Below are positions 10,710 through 19,820 of a stretch of 31,358 nucleotides of DNA, piece by piece. Every line of letters begins with the position of its first letter. The first letter of the stretch is position 1. Made by a program: the position numbers and the translations under genes. The notes under the pieces were generated by a model. That model made no database searches. It saw only the letters and a program-made list of their open reading frames with translations, and was not told the origin of the DNA. The DNA comes from a virus (Duplodnaviria > Caudoviricetes), in the IMG/VR virus record IMGVR_UViG_3300017914_003069, positions 1-31,358 of that record. One strand, 5' to 3'.

Positions 10710-13507
10710 TAATTAGACCCACTTCTGTAGTAAACATTTGCACTAGAAATGCTTGAATTTGCCCATGCAATTGTTAGGTTTGCAGTTGTATCTGATGTTA
10801 TCTTATTTATAGGAATTGAATAGAATTGTTTGTAGTCATGTTCTACAATAATCAGTCCACCATTTGCAAAGTTAGTTTCAAATTCTGTATCCGTTCCCAC
10901 AATATCAAAACTTCCGTCGGTTAGTGCAATCGTACCGTCCTTTATCTGTACAGAATTATTTGATGTTGCAACCACATCAATGTTGACGTTTGACTGAGAT
11001 CTGAACTTACCAAATAATGCTTGTCCTGCAGGATGAACTAGATTCAATGCATATTCTTTATATCTGTCTAGTGAAACTGGAGAAACAATCTGATACGAGA
11101 ACTCTTGATAGAAACGACTGTCTTGTACAAACCCTCTAAGAGAATCTAAGTGACCTCTTGTAGATGCATAATAACCTTCGGAATTTGCAACATCTTCAAT
11201 AGTCAGTTTCAATTCAGCAGAAACAGCATTGTCTCTGTTTGGTGTCTCGACAATAACTACTTCACCGTTCTTATATGAGAATCCTGAATCGATAACACGA
11301 ATTGATGTAATAGCACCGTTAGCACCAACTGTTGCATCGATGTCCGCGTTCTTTCCTAGAATACCTTTATCCTCTACCTTAACAACCTTGGCAGTTGCAG
11401 TGTCATCGATGGTACGATTGTCTGGTGTCCCCGGAACACGACTCGACCCAAAAACATTAATGGTAATCGTTGTATTGTTTGCAAACGTTTTGTTGCCGGG
11501 GTCTCTCTGTAAAAAGTCTTGCCATACTCTAACAGTAGTTTCATACGTTCCATTTGGGTGTTGAATGACTGAAGGAGTAGAAGAACCCTTTCCTCCTTTG
11601 ATATCACCAGATGCACCAGTAGACGCTTGAACAACTCTATCGTTTGTATCAAATGTAGTAATCTGAGAATTTCCTGACCCCCATTCATTGTCATCCGATT
11701 GCAAAGTTAGATATTGCTCACCAATACCAAGTATAACAATGTCGGGTTCTGTTACACTAATCTTAGGTGCAACAGAAAATCCAGATCCCCCCACAGGCAG
11801 TGAAAGATTTTGAATGGTACCAAATGTAGAGGACTCAAACTGAAATGCATCTCTCAATTTAGTGTACAGTCCTTCGATATTAGTATTTGATGATGTCGAC
11901 ACTACGTTTGCAATTGACGTTGCAGACCCCACCCGACGAACCCCCTCATCTTCTAAGAATGACTTAAGAGGTCCGGTTTGAAACTGAGTGGTGATGTTTG
12001 AACTATTATTAGCAGATACTCTGACTGTTAATAGAGATCGATCTGGTCCAGTTGATGGTGTGTATCCGTCTTCAGTTTCTACACCAATATGCTTGACAAC
12101 ACCAAACGCACCTGATATCATACCAACCAGTTCATCACCTTCACTGATTGTTTCACTTGCAAGGTTTGCAATCTGCAAAGGATGCACACCAATTGCGTTT
12201 GCCGAAAACGATGTAACTGTGCCTACAGACGATCCACCGATGGTAACTGTTTCTGTTGCCGTAAATCGTTTAAACGTATCAACTTTTAAGAATGTGTCTC
12301 CATCGGTAAGAGTATTCACTGCAGTGACGACTGCATTAGCACCTGACGTAGACCCTACTAAATCGTCACCGACACTAATTTCAATAGTGTTTGCAATATT
12401 GATAACCGCATCAACATTGTCTCTGAAATCTTGCCCCGCACCAGACTCAGATGCTTCTCTGAATCCGTAATCAGCAGATGAAATCAAGACATTCGCAAAT
12501 GTTTGCATCTTTCTAGCAACACCATCAGCACACGTAATAGTAGGACCGTTCGTTCCATAAAATGTGTTTGCTCCAATAACGTCAATGTTCATTGATATTG
12601 CAAAACGGTCTACAATATCTGCGTTATTAATTACAAAGGATCCCTCTTCTACACCGTCTCCCCCAGTGAAACTAATAACAGACCCATCGGTATCAGTGGA
12701 CGCGGTATACCCAGAACCTCCATCATTAAGATTGAAAGTCAATACACCTTTGTAATCAGTGATATTAGTGACAACTGCTTTGGCAAATTCACCTTGATCA
12801 TTTGAAATCAGTTTGACTTCATCACCAACCAGATACTTGCCCCCAGAAGTTACAATCTCTACATTAGCAATCCCTGCTTCTACCAAAGGTGAATGTCCAG
12901 TACCTGTGTCCGAAAGAAGTCGAATAGGTTCATTGTGACCAAATTTACCCTTGATGTTAGAAAGAATTATTTGCATCAAATCACGTCCGCGGACATTCTT
13001 TCTAACGATATCTTCAACCAGTGCTTCTGCTTTGGATTCCTGACCTTTAATGGTCTTACCAATGAACTGATATGTGTCCGGATCAAAAGTTGCAATTAAG
13101 TATCTGTCAAGTCTCCAATCACCATCAGAGACTTTTAATATTTGGTCTGCAGGATACTCAACATCAATCTCTTCATTGTACAATGCTCTGAACAATAATC
13201 GATATGACGCAAGGGTACCTCTTGATCTATTAAATTCTTTGATGTATTTGACCATGAGTCTTTTATCGGCAAATACTTCAAATGGAACAGAAGGTAGAAA
13301 TGTATTGATAAAATATTCTAGGTACTCATCAAGAGTTGTGTTGACATCCGAATACGATTTTAAATTACGTACCGCGTCTGTCATTTTGCCAGACTCTTCT
13401 AGGTATTCGTAATATGCCTCGACAAAGGCAAGGAACTTCGGACCCTCTTCCTTATAGAAGTCTGGAAACTGATTCTTGACAAGTGAAGATATTTTATCGA
13501 TAGACAT
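10709..13507 (-). CDS. gp7: Baseplate wedge initiator gp7-like
   Basis: N-terminal KISSLVKNQFPDF...FLAFVEAYYEYLE and RGT..SYRLLFRALYNE motifs; C-terminal QDSRFYQEFSY...LVHPAG; located between gp6 and gp8. Confidence 0.75.
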   Translation of the reverse strand: MSIDKISSLVKNQFPDFYKEEGPKFLAFVEAYYEYLEESGKMTDAVRNLKSYSDVNTTLDEYLEYFINTFLPSVPFEVFADKRLMVKYIKEFNRSRGTLASYRLLFRALYNEEIDVEYPADQILKVSDGDWRLDRYLIATFDPDTYQFIGKTIKGQESKAEALVEDIVRKNVRGRDLMQIILSNIKGKFGHNEPIRLLSDTGTGHSPLVEAGIANVEIVTSGGKYLVGDEVKLISNDQGEFAKAVVTNITDYKGVLTFNLNDGGSGYTASTDTDGSVISFTGGDGVEEGSFVINNADIVDRFAISMNIDVIGANTFYGTNGPTITCADGVARKMQTFANVLISSADYGFREASESGAGQDFRDNVDAVINIANTIEISVGDDLVGSTSGANAVVTAVNTLTDGDTFLKVDTFKRFTATETVTIGGSSVGTVTSFSANAIGVHPLQIANLASETISEGDELVGMISGAFGVVKHIGVETEDGYTPSTGPDRSLLTVRVSANNSSNITTQFQTGPLKSFLEDEGVRRVGSATSIANVVSTSSNTNIEGLYTKLRDAFQFESSTFGTIQNLSLPVGGSGFSVAPKISVTEPDIVILGIGEQYLTLQSDDNEWGSGNSQITTFDTNDRVVQASTGASGDIKGGKGSSTPSVIQHPNGTYETTVRVWQDFLQRDPGNKTFANNTTITINVFGSSRVPGTPDNRTIDDTATAKVVKVEDKGILGKNADIDATVGANGAITSIRVIDSGFSYKNGEVVIVETPNRDNAVSAELKLTIEDVANSEGYYASTRGHLDSLRGFVQDSRFYQEFSYQIVSPVSLDRYKEYALNLVHPAGQALFGKFRSQSNVNIDVVATSNNSVQIKDGTIALTDGSFDIVGTDTEFETNFANGGLIIVEHDYKQFYSIPINKITSDTTANLTIAWANSSISSANVYYRSGSN

Positions 13508-15276
13508 TAGATTGCTTCACCTATGAGTGTAACAGATGCCTCATCCTTTTCCATAATCAAAATTTGTTCTCTCACAGGAATAACGTCTAGTCTGTCTGGA
13601 GTGCCTGATATTTTCATTTCAATACCGACATATGCTGTCGGAGCAAAATTTGAAATTTCAATATTGCCAGTCGTATAATTGATCGTGCCAACAGAATCAA
13701 GAACGATTGTTTTCTGCTTTTGGTCATTGAACCTATAGATACGAACCTTTCCGTTTCCATCATCGTCCAAGAAACACGCAAACCCTTGGAATGTAAATTG
13801 AGTAGAATTCAATGTTGACTTCCTGATTGGGTTGCTAAAGTTAACGATAACTTTTTCTTTCTTGTTTGTATTTGGTGTAATACGTTTTTCGATTTTGATT
13901 GTTGCTTCGTTGTTGAGGATGACTCCAGTATTGATATTGTCCAATGCACGAACAAACTTTGAGTAACGTAGTCTGTTACCGAATCTTTCTAAATTGTTTG
14001 TTGAGAACGTTTCGATCGCGTCCAATACACTTTGCTTGATAGCAGAAGTTGTATCGGTAGTCTTTGTCATATTGTAGTATGTTTTGATCTCTGGAATAAT
14101 ATAGGTGTAGTCAGCATCAACAAACAAGGGATCAACCGCAAGAGGAGTCCTGTCTTGAATCGTTTGCTTCAACTGATTCTTTCTTGTTTGTGTGACAAAC
14201 TTTTCTGCAAATGGTTTGACTGCAATAATCACTTTACCATATTGAGCAGGAGTTGCGTCCTGTCCACCATAAGATGTTACAGATTCGATGTCAGGGTTTT
14301 CAGACAAAATGATTCGTGAGTAGTCATCACTAATAACTGCTCTATTCTGAGTCTGATAATTTCTAGGTGCATTGAACTTGATTGATTCAATAGTTTCTTT
14401 CGGACGACCACCCGCTGCGTTTTTATTTACAGTCAGGGTTGCTTTTGTATAATCTACCCCAACATTTAATGTATCGACTGAGAATGTTGAAGCACCGTTT
14501 GTATCATCACCATTACAAACCAAATAAGATACTTTGACAATGTTTCCGTTCTTCAGTGCTTTACCGAGTGATCCTGAACCAAAGACAAGTTCATACTTTC
14601 CTTCGTATGCCTCTTCTAAGAAATATACAGGGGTTGTCGCATATACTTGCTTGATATCAGTTGCCTGTGTGAACTCAACTTCAGTAGTATCCGTCTCAGA
14701 TTCTTGTACGAACACAGTAAGACTAGTCATGTCCACTCCTGCATTCGGTATCACAAATCTTTGTGCCTTAGAATCAGATACTGTAAAACGATGCGTTAAT
14801 GGAATACCTTCTTTGATTGTTACGTCTTTCGAAAATGTATTGTTAGCATTAACAACCGTATATGCTTCTGGTGTCACATATGTGTATTGAACGTCATCGA
14901 TGGTTGTAGTGAACTTTGAATTCTTAGGTATTGTAAATTGTGAAGTCGAGTTGTCAACACCAGTAAATACTAGATTAATGTTTGCAGATGCACCGATAGC
15001 AGAGACCGGAACGTATCCAAGTTCTTTTGCTTTTGACACAACAGACTCTCTCTGTTGAGCAGTATCCAAGAACATCTCATTTGCCAACATATTAATGTAG
15101 TATGAATTATAGTGTGTGTTGTATGCCAACACATCTAATAGAGTCGATATAGCAGACCCTTCAAAGTTATAATCTTGGAACTGTGTCTGAGTCGATAAGA
15201 ACGACTTTAGGTTGGTTCTGATATCTTCAAAGTCTAACTCTGTAACTCTTAAGTAACTGTTTGCTGATGTTGCCAT
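13507..15276 (-). CDS. gp6: Baseplate wedge subunit gp6
   Basis: LDFEDIRTNL...DYNFEGS..STLLDVLAYNTHYN and ETIESIKFNAPRNYQTQNRAV..DDY motifs. Confidence 0.92.
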   Translation of the reverse strand: MATSANSYLRVTELDFEDIRTNLKSFLSTQTQFQDYNFEGSAISTLLDVLAYNTHYNSYYINMLANEMFLDTAQQRESVVSKAKELGYVPVSAIGASANINLVFTGVDNSTSQFTIPKNSKFTTTIDDVQYTYVTPEAYTVVNANNTFSKDVTIKEGIPLTHRFTVSDSKAQRFVIPNAGVDMTSLTVFVQESETDTTEVEFTQATDIKQVYATTPVYFLEEAYEGKYELVFGSGSLGKALKNGNIVKVSYLVCNGDDTNGASTFSVDTLNVGVDYTKATLTVNKNAAGGRPKETIESIKFNAPRNYQTQNRAVISDDYSRIILSENPDIESVTSYGGQDATPAQYGKVIIAVKPFAEKFVTQTRKNQLKQTIQDRTPLAVDPLFVDADYTYIIPEIKTYYNMTKTTDTTSAIKQSVLDAIETFSTNNLERFGNRLRYSKFVRALDNINTGVILNNEATIKIEKRITPNTNKKEKVIVNFSNPIRKSTLNSTQFTFQGFACFLDDDGNGKVRIYRFNDQKQKTIVLDSVGTINYTTGNIEISNFAPTAYVGIEMKISGTPDRLDVIPVREQILIMEKDEASVTLIGEAI

Positions 15277-15662
15277 TATCGCACTCTTTCTAAAATTACG
15301 TCTAACACTACTGGATTCGGATCATTATTAACAAAGAATGCAACAGATACTGTAAGTGCATTCAGGTCAGGTCTTTCTTCAACGAGCACCTCTATGACTT
15401 CTGCACGAGGTTCGTGATTATCAATAACCTCACGAATTGCATTTTCCATTTGCTGTTTTACCGGAGGGGTAAACAATTCAAATAAGAAATAACGAATTGA
15501 GCATCCAATCGTTGGTTTGAAAGGACGCTCATAGTAATCTGTAAGAATCAGAGACTTGACAGACTGCTTTACTGCTTCTCTATTTTGTTTTCTTGTCAAC
15601 TTATTCGTAACAGGATGTTGTACGAAAGATAAGTCAAGATCACTAAAAATTGTATCTGCCAT
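15276..15662 (-). CDS. gp25: Baseplate wedge subunit gp25
   Basis: FSDLDLSF..HP, AVKQSVK.LILT...ERPF.P.IG, and EPR motifs; 128 aa. Confidence 0.92.
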   Translation of the reverse strand: MADTIFSDLDLSFVQHPVTNKLTRKQNREAVKQSVKSLILTDYYERPFKPTIGCSIRYFLFELFTPPVKQQMENAIREVIDNHEPRAEVIEVLVEERPDLNALTVSVAFFVNNDPNPVVLDVILERVR

Positions 15663-15672
15663 GTCCCTTCTC

Positions 15673-15680
15673 TATTTATT
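15673..15680 (-). promoter_or_regulatory. Possible T4-type late promoter (AATAAATA) for gp25-gp6-gp7-gp8-vrlC
   Basis: One mismatch to TATAAATA, about 11 nt upstream of the gp25 ATG, overlapping the stop of the upstream small ORF. Confidence 0.45.
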
Positions 15681-15849
15681 CTGAGTTCTTCTGGTTTTGA
15701 ATCTCTGCACGTCTTTCTTTACACAACTTAGAAATTTCAGCAAGTGCTTTACGTGCCCTTGTACCTGCTGTTTTGTTCCCACCTTCAAACTTTTCAGATT
15801 CAGATGAATACGTTTCTACCAAATTTAATAAATTATCATGAATATTCAT
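15676..15849 (-). CDS. Histone H1-like (Hc1-family) small basic protein, 57 aa
   Basis: Below the track length cutoff. MNIHDNLLNLVETYSSESEKFEGGNKTAGTRARKALAEISKLCKERRAEIQNQKNSE. GNKxAGTRARK is the Hc1-family motif. SD GAGG at 15856-15859. Confidence 0.75.
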   Translation of the reverse strand: MNIHDNLLNLVETYSSESEKFEGGNKTAGTRARKALAEISKLCKERRAEIQNQKNSE

Positions 15850-15859
15850 AAATTACCTC

Positions 15860-15888
15860 TTGACATGATTTATTGCACTGTGTATAAT
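15860..15888 (+). promoter_or_regulatory. Consensus sigma70 promoter, antisense to the tail operon
   Basis: TTGACA (15860-15865), 17-bp spacer, TATAAT (15883-15888), in an intergenic gap. Confidence 0.7.
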
Positions 15889-15910
15889 AACTATGTGCCA
15901 ACTTAAATAC

Positions 15911-15918
15911 TATTTATA
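15911..15918 (-). promoter_or_regulatory. T4-type late promoter TATAAATA for the Hc1-like gene
   Basis: Exact TATAAATA on the minus strand immediately after the gp5 stop codon. Confidence 0.7.
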
Positions 15919-16815
15919 TCAACCACCAATAAATACAGTTTCAGATCCTGTTTCTACTTTATTTGATCCATCACTTCCTGATATACCTGCAGGATCATCT
16001 CCTGTATCAACTGTGTCATCAATACGAGCTGCTCCTTTTGTACCATTATTAAGATTAATGGTTCTGCCATCGATTGTGATATCTCCTTCCACATCAACAT
16101 CCCAGTTTCCACCAATCGTTGTTGTGCAATTCTCATCAATGACTAACTTAACATTTCCTTTTACATGAATGGAATCATTTCGATGTACCACTGAATATCT
16201 GTCTCTGACAATGTGTGTAATGATATCACCATCAGGACCGACTTCATAAAATGTTCCTGACTTATGCCACTCACGAATTCTTTCTGCATCTGGTGTATCA
16301 TCATATTCTTTAACATGTCCGGACTTAGTTTCCATCACATGATTGTGAGGATATTCAGCGGCATAAGGAGACTCTGGTTCAGATATGTCTGAGTCGGCAG
16401 TGTGAGTTTTTGTATTCTCACCCCTTGCAAGTTTATTGATATCAGACTCATCTACATACTTTGGATATTCTTCATCAGGGTCGTTAAATCCAAGACTACC
16501 GTCTGGCATTGTTGTTGGTGCACCGGGTAACGATCCTAAGATCATTGGTTCTTGTGCTCTTTGCCCATCAATAAAAATACCAAATACCCATGACCCCTGA
16601 AGAAGTCCAAATGTTTCACCGATACCAGATACTGATGCACTTGTTGTAGGCGTAACAACAACTGCCCAAGGCAGTGAGTCTGTCGGTATTTGTGATTTGT
16701 CTTCGGTATGCCATCCATAGCATCTTACCCTAACCCTTCCTAATTCTACAGGGTCATTGATATCCTCGACAACACCAAGAAACCAGACAGTATCTGTCCC
16801 GATGAAATTTCTCAT
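15919..16815 (-). CDS. gp5: Baseplate hub/spike protein gp5 (no lysozyme domain)
   Basis: N-terminal OB-fold motif WFLGVVEDINDP.ELGRVRVRCYGWH...LPWA; YPHNHV.ET.SGH..EYDDTP..ERI...HKSGTF.E; short beta-helix; only 298 aa. Confidence 0.9.
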   Translation of the reverse strand: MRNFIGTDTVWFLGVVEDINDPVELGRVRVRCYGWHTEDKSQIPTDSLPWAVVVTPTTSASVSGIGETFGLLQGSWVFGIFIDGQRAQEPMILGSLPGAPTTMPDGSLGFNDPDEEYPKYVDESDINKLARGENTKTHTADSDISEPESPYAAEYPHNHVMETKSGHVKEYDDTPDAERIREWHKSGTFYEVGPDGDIITHIVRDRYSVVHRNDSIHVKGNVKLVIDENCTTTIGGNWDVDVEGDITIDGRTINLNNGTKGAARIDDTVDTGDDPAGISGSDGSNKVETGSETVFIGG

Positions 16816-16905
16816 TTGTTCTCAATATATTTTAGAAAAGAGAGGAGACCATTTTTAAGAGTCTCTTTATTCTTCTCTTGTTGCGCAATCCCATCTGCTA
16901 AGTGA

Positions 16906-17079
16906 TCAAAAGATTCCGAGAACTTTTTTTCTTGGTTTTTTCTTTTTTGGATTTTCTTCAACGAGAGTTTCCTCATGCGCAGGTTCTTTAATCTCTTGTA
17001 AGAACTCTGGTTGTGGTTGTGTTTCTGGTTCTACAATTTCTTGTAGGACTTTTGGTTGACCTTTCTTTGGTAATGGCAT
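16906..17079 (-). CDS. Small hypothetical protein, 57 aa, acidic centre and basic tail
   Basis: Below the track cutoff. MPLPKKGQPKVLQEIVEPETQPQPEFLQEIKEPAHEETLVEENPKKKKPRKKVLGIF. ATG lies 1 nt after the upstream stop, with GGAG upstream. Confidence 0.65.
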   Translation of the reverse strand: MPLPKKGQPKVLQEIVEPETQPQPEFLQEIKEPAHEETLVEENPKKKKPRKKVLGIF

Positions 17080-17080
17080 A

Positions 17081-17926
17081 TTACATCTCCGGTTTCTTTA
17101 CTGTTTTCAGTGCGTCCTTTGGAACGTTCTTACTGATCCATGACCACAACTGTTTTGTTACAGATGCATCATTCTCGAAACGTTTACCCGGTTTCTTGAG
17201 AGTTACATATGTAAAGTCTTTGACTACAATGTTTCCACTAGCAGTCTTGATTGGTTTTCCATCTTTGTCTTTAAATGGAATCGTCTGATCACGATTATTC
17301 AGAATGACATTGACAGATCCGTTGACACCACGAGGCAGTTTGCCTTTGATAATCTGCGACATAGTTTCTGCCGCTCCGACGTGAGTTTGTAGAAGAATCT
17401 TATCTGGCACAACACGATCACGTTCTTGGTTTGCTTGGACTGCAACATAATAGTCAGTCAGTACCCACGTGACGTGAATGTTCTTACCATCATATCCCAA
17501 TGCATTCAGCATCGGCATCATCTCTTTGATGTCTTCAATCTCTTTTAGTGTAACATCAAACATCAAGTTTGGCAATACACCTTTCTTACCTGCATCTGAT
17601 AGGGACTTTGCAAGCAAGTTGAGACGTGCGTCTTTCACACCGGACTTCTTGACCATCATGTGTAGATCAAATACGTCCTGTGAGTTCTTGAGGTTCATGT
17701 TTAGATTACGCACCTTGATGAACAGTTTCTTAAGTTCGTCAACGTCGAATACCTTGAACTTGTCTGCTTCCATGAAGTTGTTTTGTGCGAATCCCTTTCC
17801 AGATCCTGCGCCCCCTGCAAGAAATACAACCTGACCGTACTTGGCACCGTTACCATACATGATCAGTTTTTCATCTAACTGCTCATAGTCTCTAACATCG
17901 ATATGTTCTTTGAATCCTAGTATCAT
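17081..17926 (-). CDS. P-loop kinase (zeta-toxin/AAA_33-like)
   Basis: Walker A VVFLAGGAGSGKG, DVD, NLMFDVT and a lid-like A...N.ERDRVVP. The start is more likely ATG 17926 (ATGA overlap) than the track start at 17947. Confidence 0.7.
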   Translation of the reverse strand: MILGFKEHIDVRDYEQLDEKLIMYGNGAKYGQVVFLAGGAGSGKGFAQNNFMEADKFKVFDVDELKKLFIKVRNLNMNLKNSQDVFDLHMMVKKSGVKDARLNLLAKSLSDAGKKGVLPNLMFDVTLKEIEDIKEMMPMLNALGYDGKNIHVTWVLTDYYVAVQANQERDRVVPDKILLQTHVGAAETMSQIIKGKLPRGVNGSVNVILNNRDQTIPFKDKDGKPIKTASGNIVVKDFTYVTLKKPGKRFENDASVTKQLWSWISKNVPKDALKTVKKPEM

Positions 17927-19242
17927 ACTTCTGTGTCCTTCGCACACTCTATTATTGTGACGTATTCTGATTGTGATTTTCCACCAAACTTATGTCTAAG
18001 GTTGGTAACGATATATTTTCCACTCAAGTATTTATCTTCAGACTTTTCTTTCTTTTTCAAAGTTGTTCCATTTGGTATTACAATTTCAATCACGTTACCT
18101 ACGTTGAGATCAGAGTTTCCCGGTAACGTCACTTCCATCACAGTATTGAAAATATGTCTTTGGTATGACTTCTTAACATTTAAAAACTTGTTGACTTTTT
18201 TCGGTAAATGATTTTCATCTGAGAGCACTGAGTCAGAGTCATGATCATTTCTGGACTGCAACATGTAAACTGATGAATCACCTTGCACTTCACCTTTAAT
18301 TGATGAAGAGTTTAACTTATTGAACTTACTTTGATATGAACTGTAATTGTAAACAAATTCTTTCTTCGTTTTTCGTAGAATATCGATATTGATAAGTTTT
18401 GACCTAAATAGTCCTGCACTTGCATTTTTTAAGAAGTCTGTTTGTCTGATCACGTCGTATTTGACTATCTTTTGATAGTCCTTAATTACAGTGTCTCCGG
18501 ACTCATCTAAGTCATTGATATTTGTTTGGACATATGTGAATGTATCTATGGGATCCTCTTTGACCAAATTTCCCAGATCTTTATAATTAAATCCTTTACT
18601 GTCTTCGTAGAAAACATAATATGGTATATGACTGTCTGAGTCTGATTCAGCAGTGAAAAAATTAATCGCGTCATCTGGTGACATATTTGGAATAATTATT
18701 TTTTGAAGACCATTAGTAGGATCGATATTCACTTCCTTTTTTACAACAGTATTCAGAACGCCTTTATTATTCCTGTAGAAGTCTTTTGCAATCGAATTGT
18801 AAATAAACTCATTGATAACAGATGATGCCATGTCTGATATGATAGAACCAGACTTACCTCCATATGCTCTCGATATTTTTTGAGGTGTTGCATAGTATGC
18901 TTCGATTGATATGCAATTCAAAGTATATGTTTCTAACTTGTCACTGACTCTTTGTCTATTTGATATATCATGGACTCCAAAAATATGTGTATTGAATTCC
19001 ATATCTTTACTATTGGTCTTGAATGCAATTGCAATCAGCTCACCTCCAGTGAACCCTCCAATGTCATCGATGAAAGAAAGTCCATCAGAGATTTGTATTT
19101 CTGCTTCAAGGTAGTGAGAAAACATATTCTGATAGATGTTTGTCTCCAGAACAAGTCCAGTGATATCGTCAATCGATCCGTCCGTCGCAATATGCTTGAA
19201 CGTTTCAATTTCTACAATCCCTGCACCAAAAGAATTTGACAT
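17923..19242 (-). CDS. Baseplate hub protein, gp27-like
   Basis: 439 aa between gp53 and gp5. YVFYE...GFNYK and C-terminal EVTLPGN..LNVGNVIEI...DKYLSGKYIVTNLRH motifs are typical of contractile-tail hub proteins. Confidence 0.7.
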   Translation of the reverse strand: MSNSFGAGIVEIETFKHIATDGSIDDITGLVLETNIYQNMFSHYLEAEIQISDGLSFIDDIGGFTGGELIAIAFKTNSKDMEFNTHIFGVHDISNRQRVSDKLETYTLNCISIEAYYATPQKISRAYGGKSGSIISDMASSVINEFIYNSIAKDFYRNNKGVLNTVVKKEVNIDPTNGLQKIIIPNMSPDDAINFFTAESDSDSHIPYYVFYEDSKGFNYKDLGNLVKEDPIDTFTYVQTNINDLDESGDTVIKDYQKIVKYDVIRQTDFLKNASAGLFRSKLINIDILRKTKKEFVYNYSSYQSKFNKLNSSSIKGEVQGDSSVYMLQSRNDHDSDSVLSDENHLPKKVNKFLNVKKSYQRHIFNTVMEVTLPGNSDLNVGNVIEIVIPNGTTLKKKEKSEDKYLSGKYIVTNLRHKFGGKSQSEYVTIIECAKDTEV

Positions 19243-19820
19243 TATACTATACCGTCAGTGAGAATTGTTTTGACTTCGGATAAAACTTTATTGACGTATC
19301 TTTTATCTAGAATGCGTATTTCTCTATTATTGTCATTCTTTTCTACTTCATAATCATACTTTGAGATAGACTCTCTGGAAGATTCTGACAAAGAATTATA
19401 CGTAGTCTGATCGACGACTAAATAACGTTTCTTAATCTTAGTTCCATCGAATCTAATTGACTCTTCATTTAGAACCTGTCGATACTCATGCACCGTTGCT
19501 TGAGCAGTTGGTACTGATCCGTATTTTGTTCTGATGTAGTTTGTGAAATCTTCATTGAACAACGGCCAATCGAAATATGGATCATGTATATTATTGTAAT
19601 GTAAAACTAACCATGCAAGATCTGAATCACCGTAATACTTGTCGGCAATTGTGTCTGGACGATCTCCATCTTGTACCTGATATTCGTAGAATGTGTCTGT
19701 CCGTTCTTGAAGATCTGTTCTCACAATAAACCTTCTCAACACATTTGTCAATGTGACTTTTTGTCCAAGGTTTTGAAGATCGTGATCTATTGTTGGAAAA
19801 TGTTTAAAATATTCTGACAT
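19242..19820 (-). CDS. gp53: Baseplate wedge protein gp53
   Basis: YFKHFP.I.; LysM-like YQVQDGDRPDTIADKYYGDS.LAWLVL..NNI.DPY.DWP; YDYE...N...REIRIL. Confidence 0.9.
   Translation of the reverse strand: MSEYFKHFPTIDHDLQNLGQKVTLTNVLRRFIVRTDLQERTDTFYEYQVQDGDRPDTIADKYYGDSDLAWLVLHYNNIHDPYFDWPLFNEDFTNYIRTKYGSVPTAQATVHEYRQVLNEESIRFDGTKIKKRYLVVDQTTYNSLSESSRESISKYDYEVEKNDNNREIRILDKRYVNKVLSEVKTILTDGIV

Noticed and set aside
15893-16168. 91-aa + strand ORF starting right at the predicted antisense TSS (possible leaderless gene)
   Set aside because: It lies almost entirely antisense to gp5 and its composition is a typical shadow frame. It cannot be supported without Ribo-seq.
16832-16894. 20-codon basic ORF MGLRNKRRIKRLLKMVSSLF on the minus strand upstream of gp5
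   Set aside because: It fills the gap but is too short and lacks a clear SD; not supportable from sequence alone.
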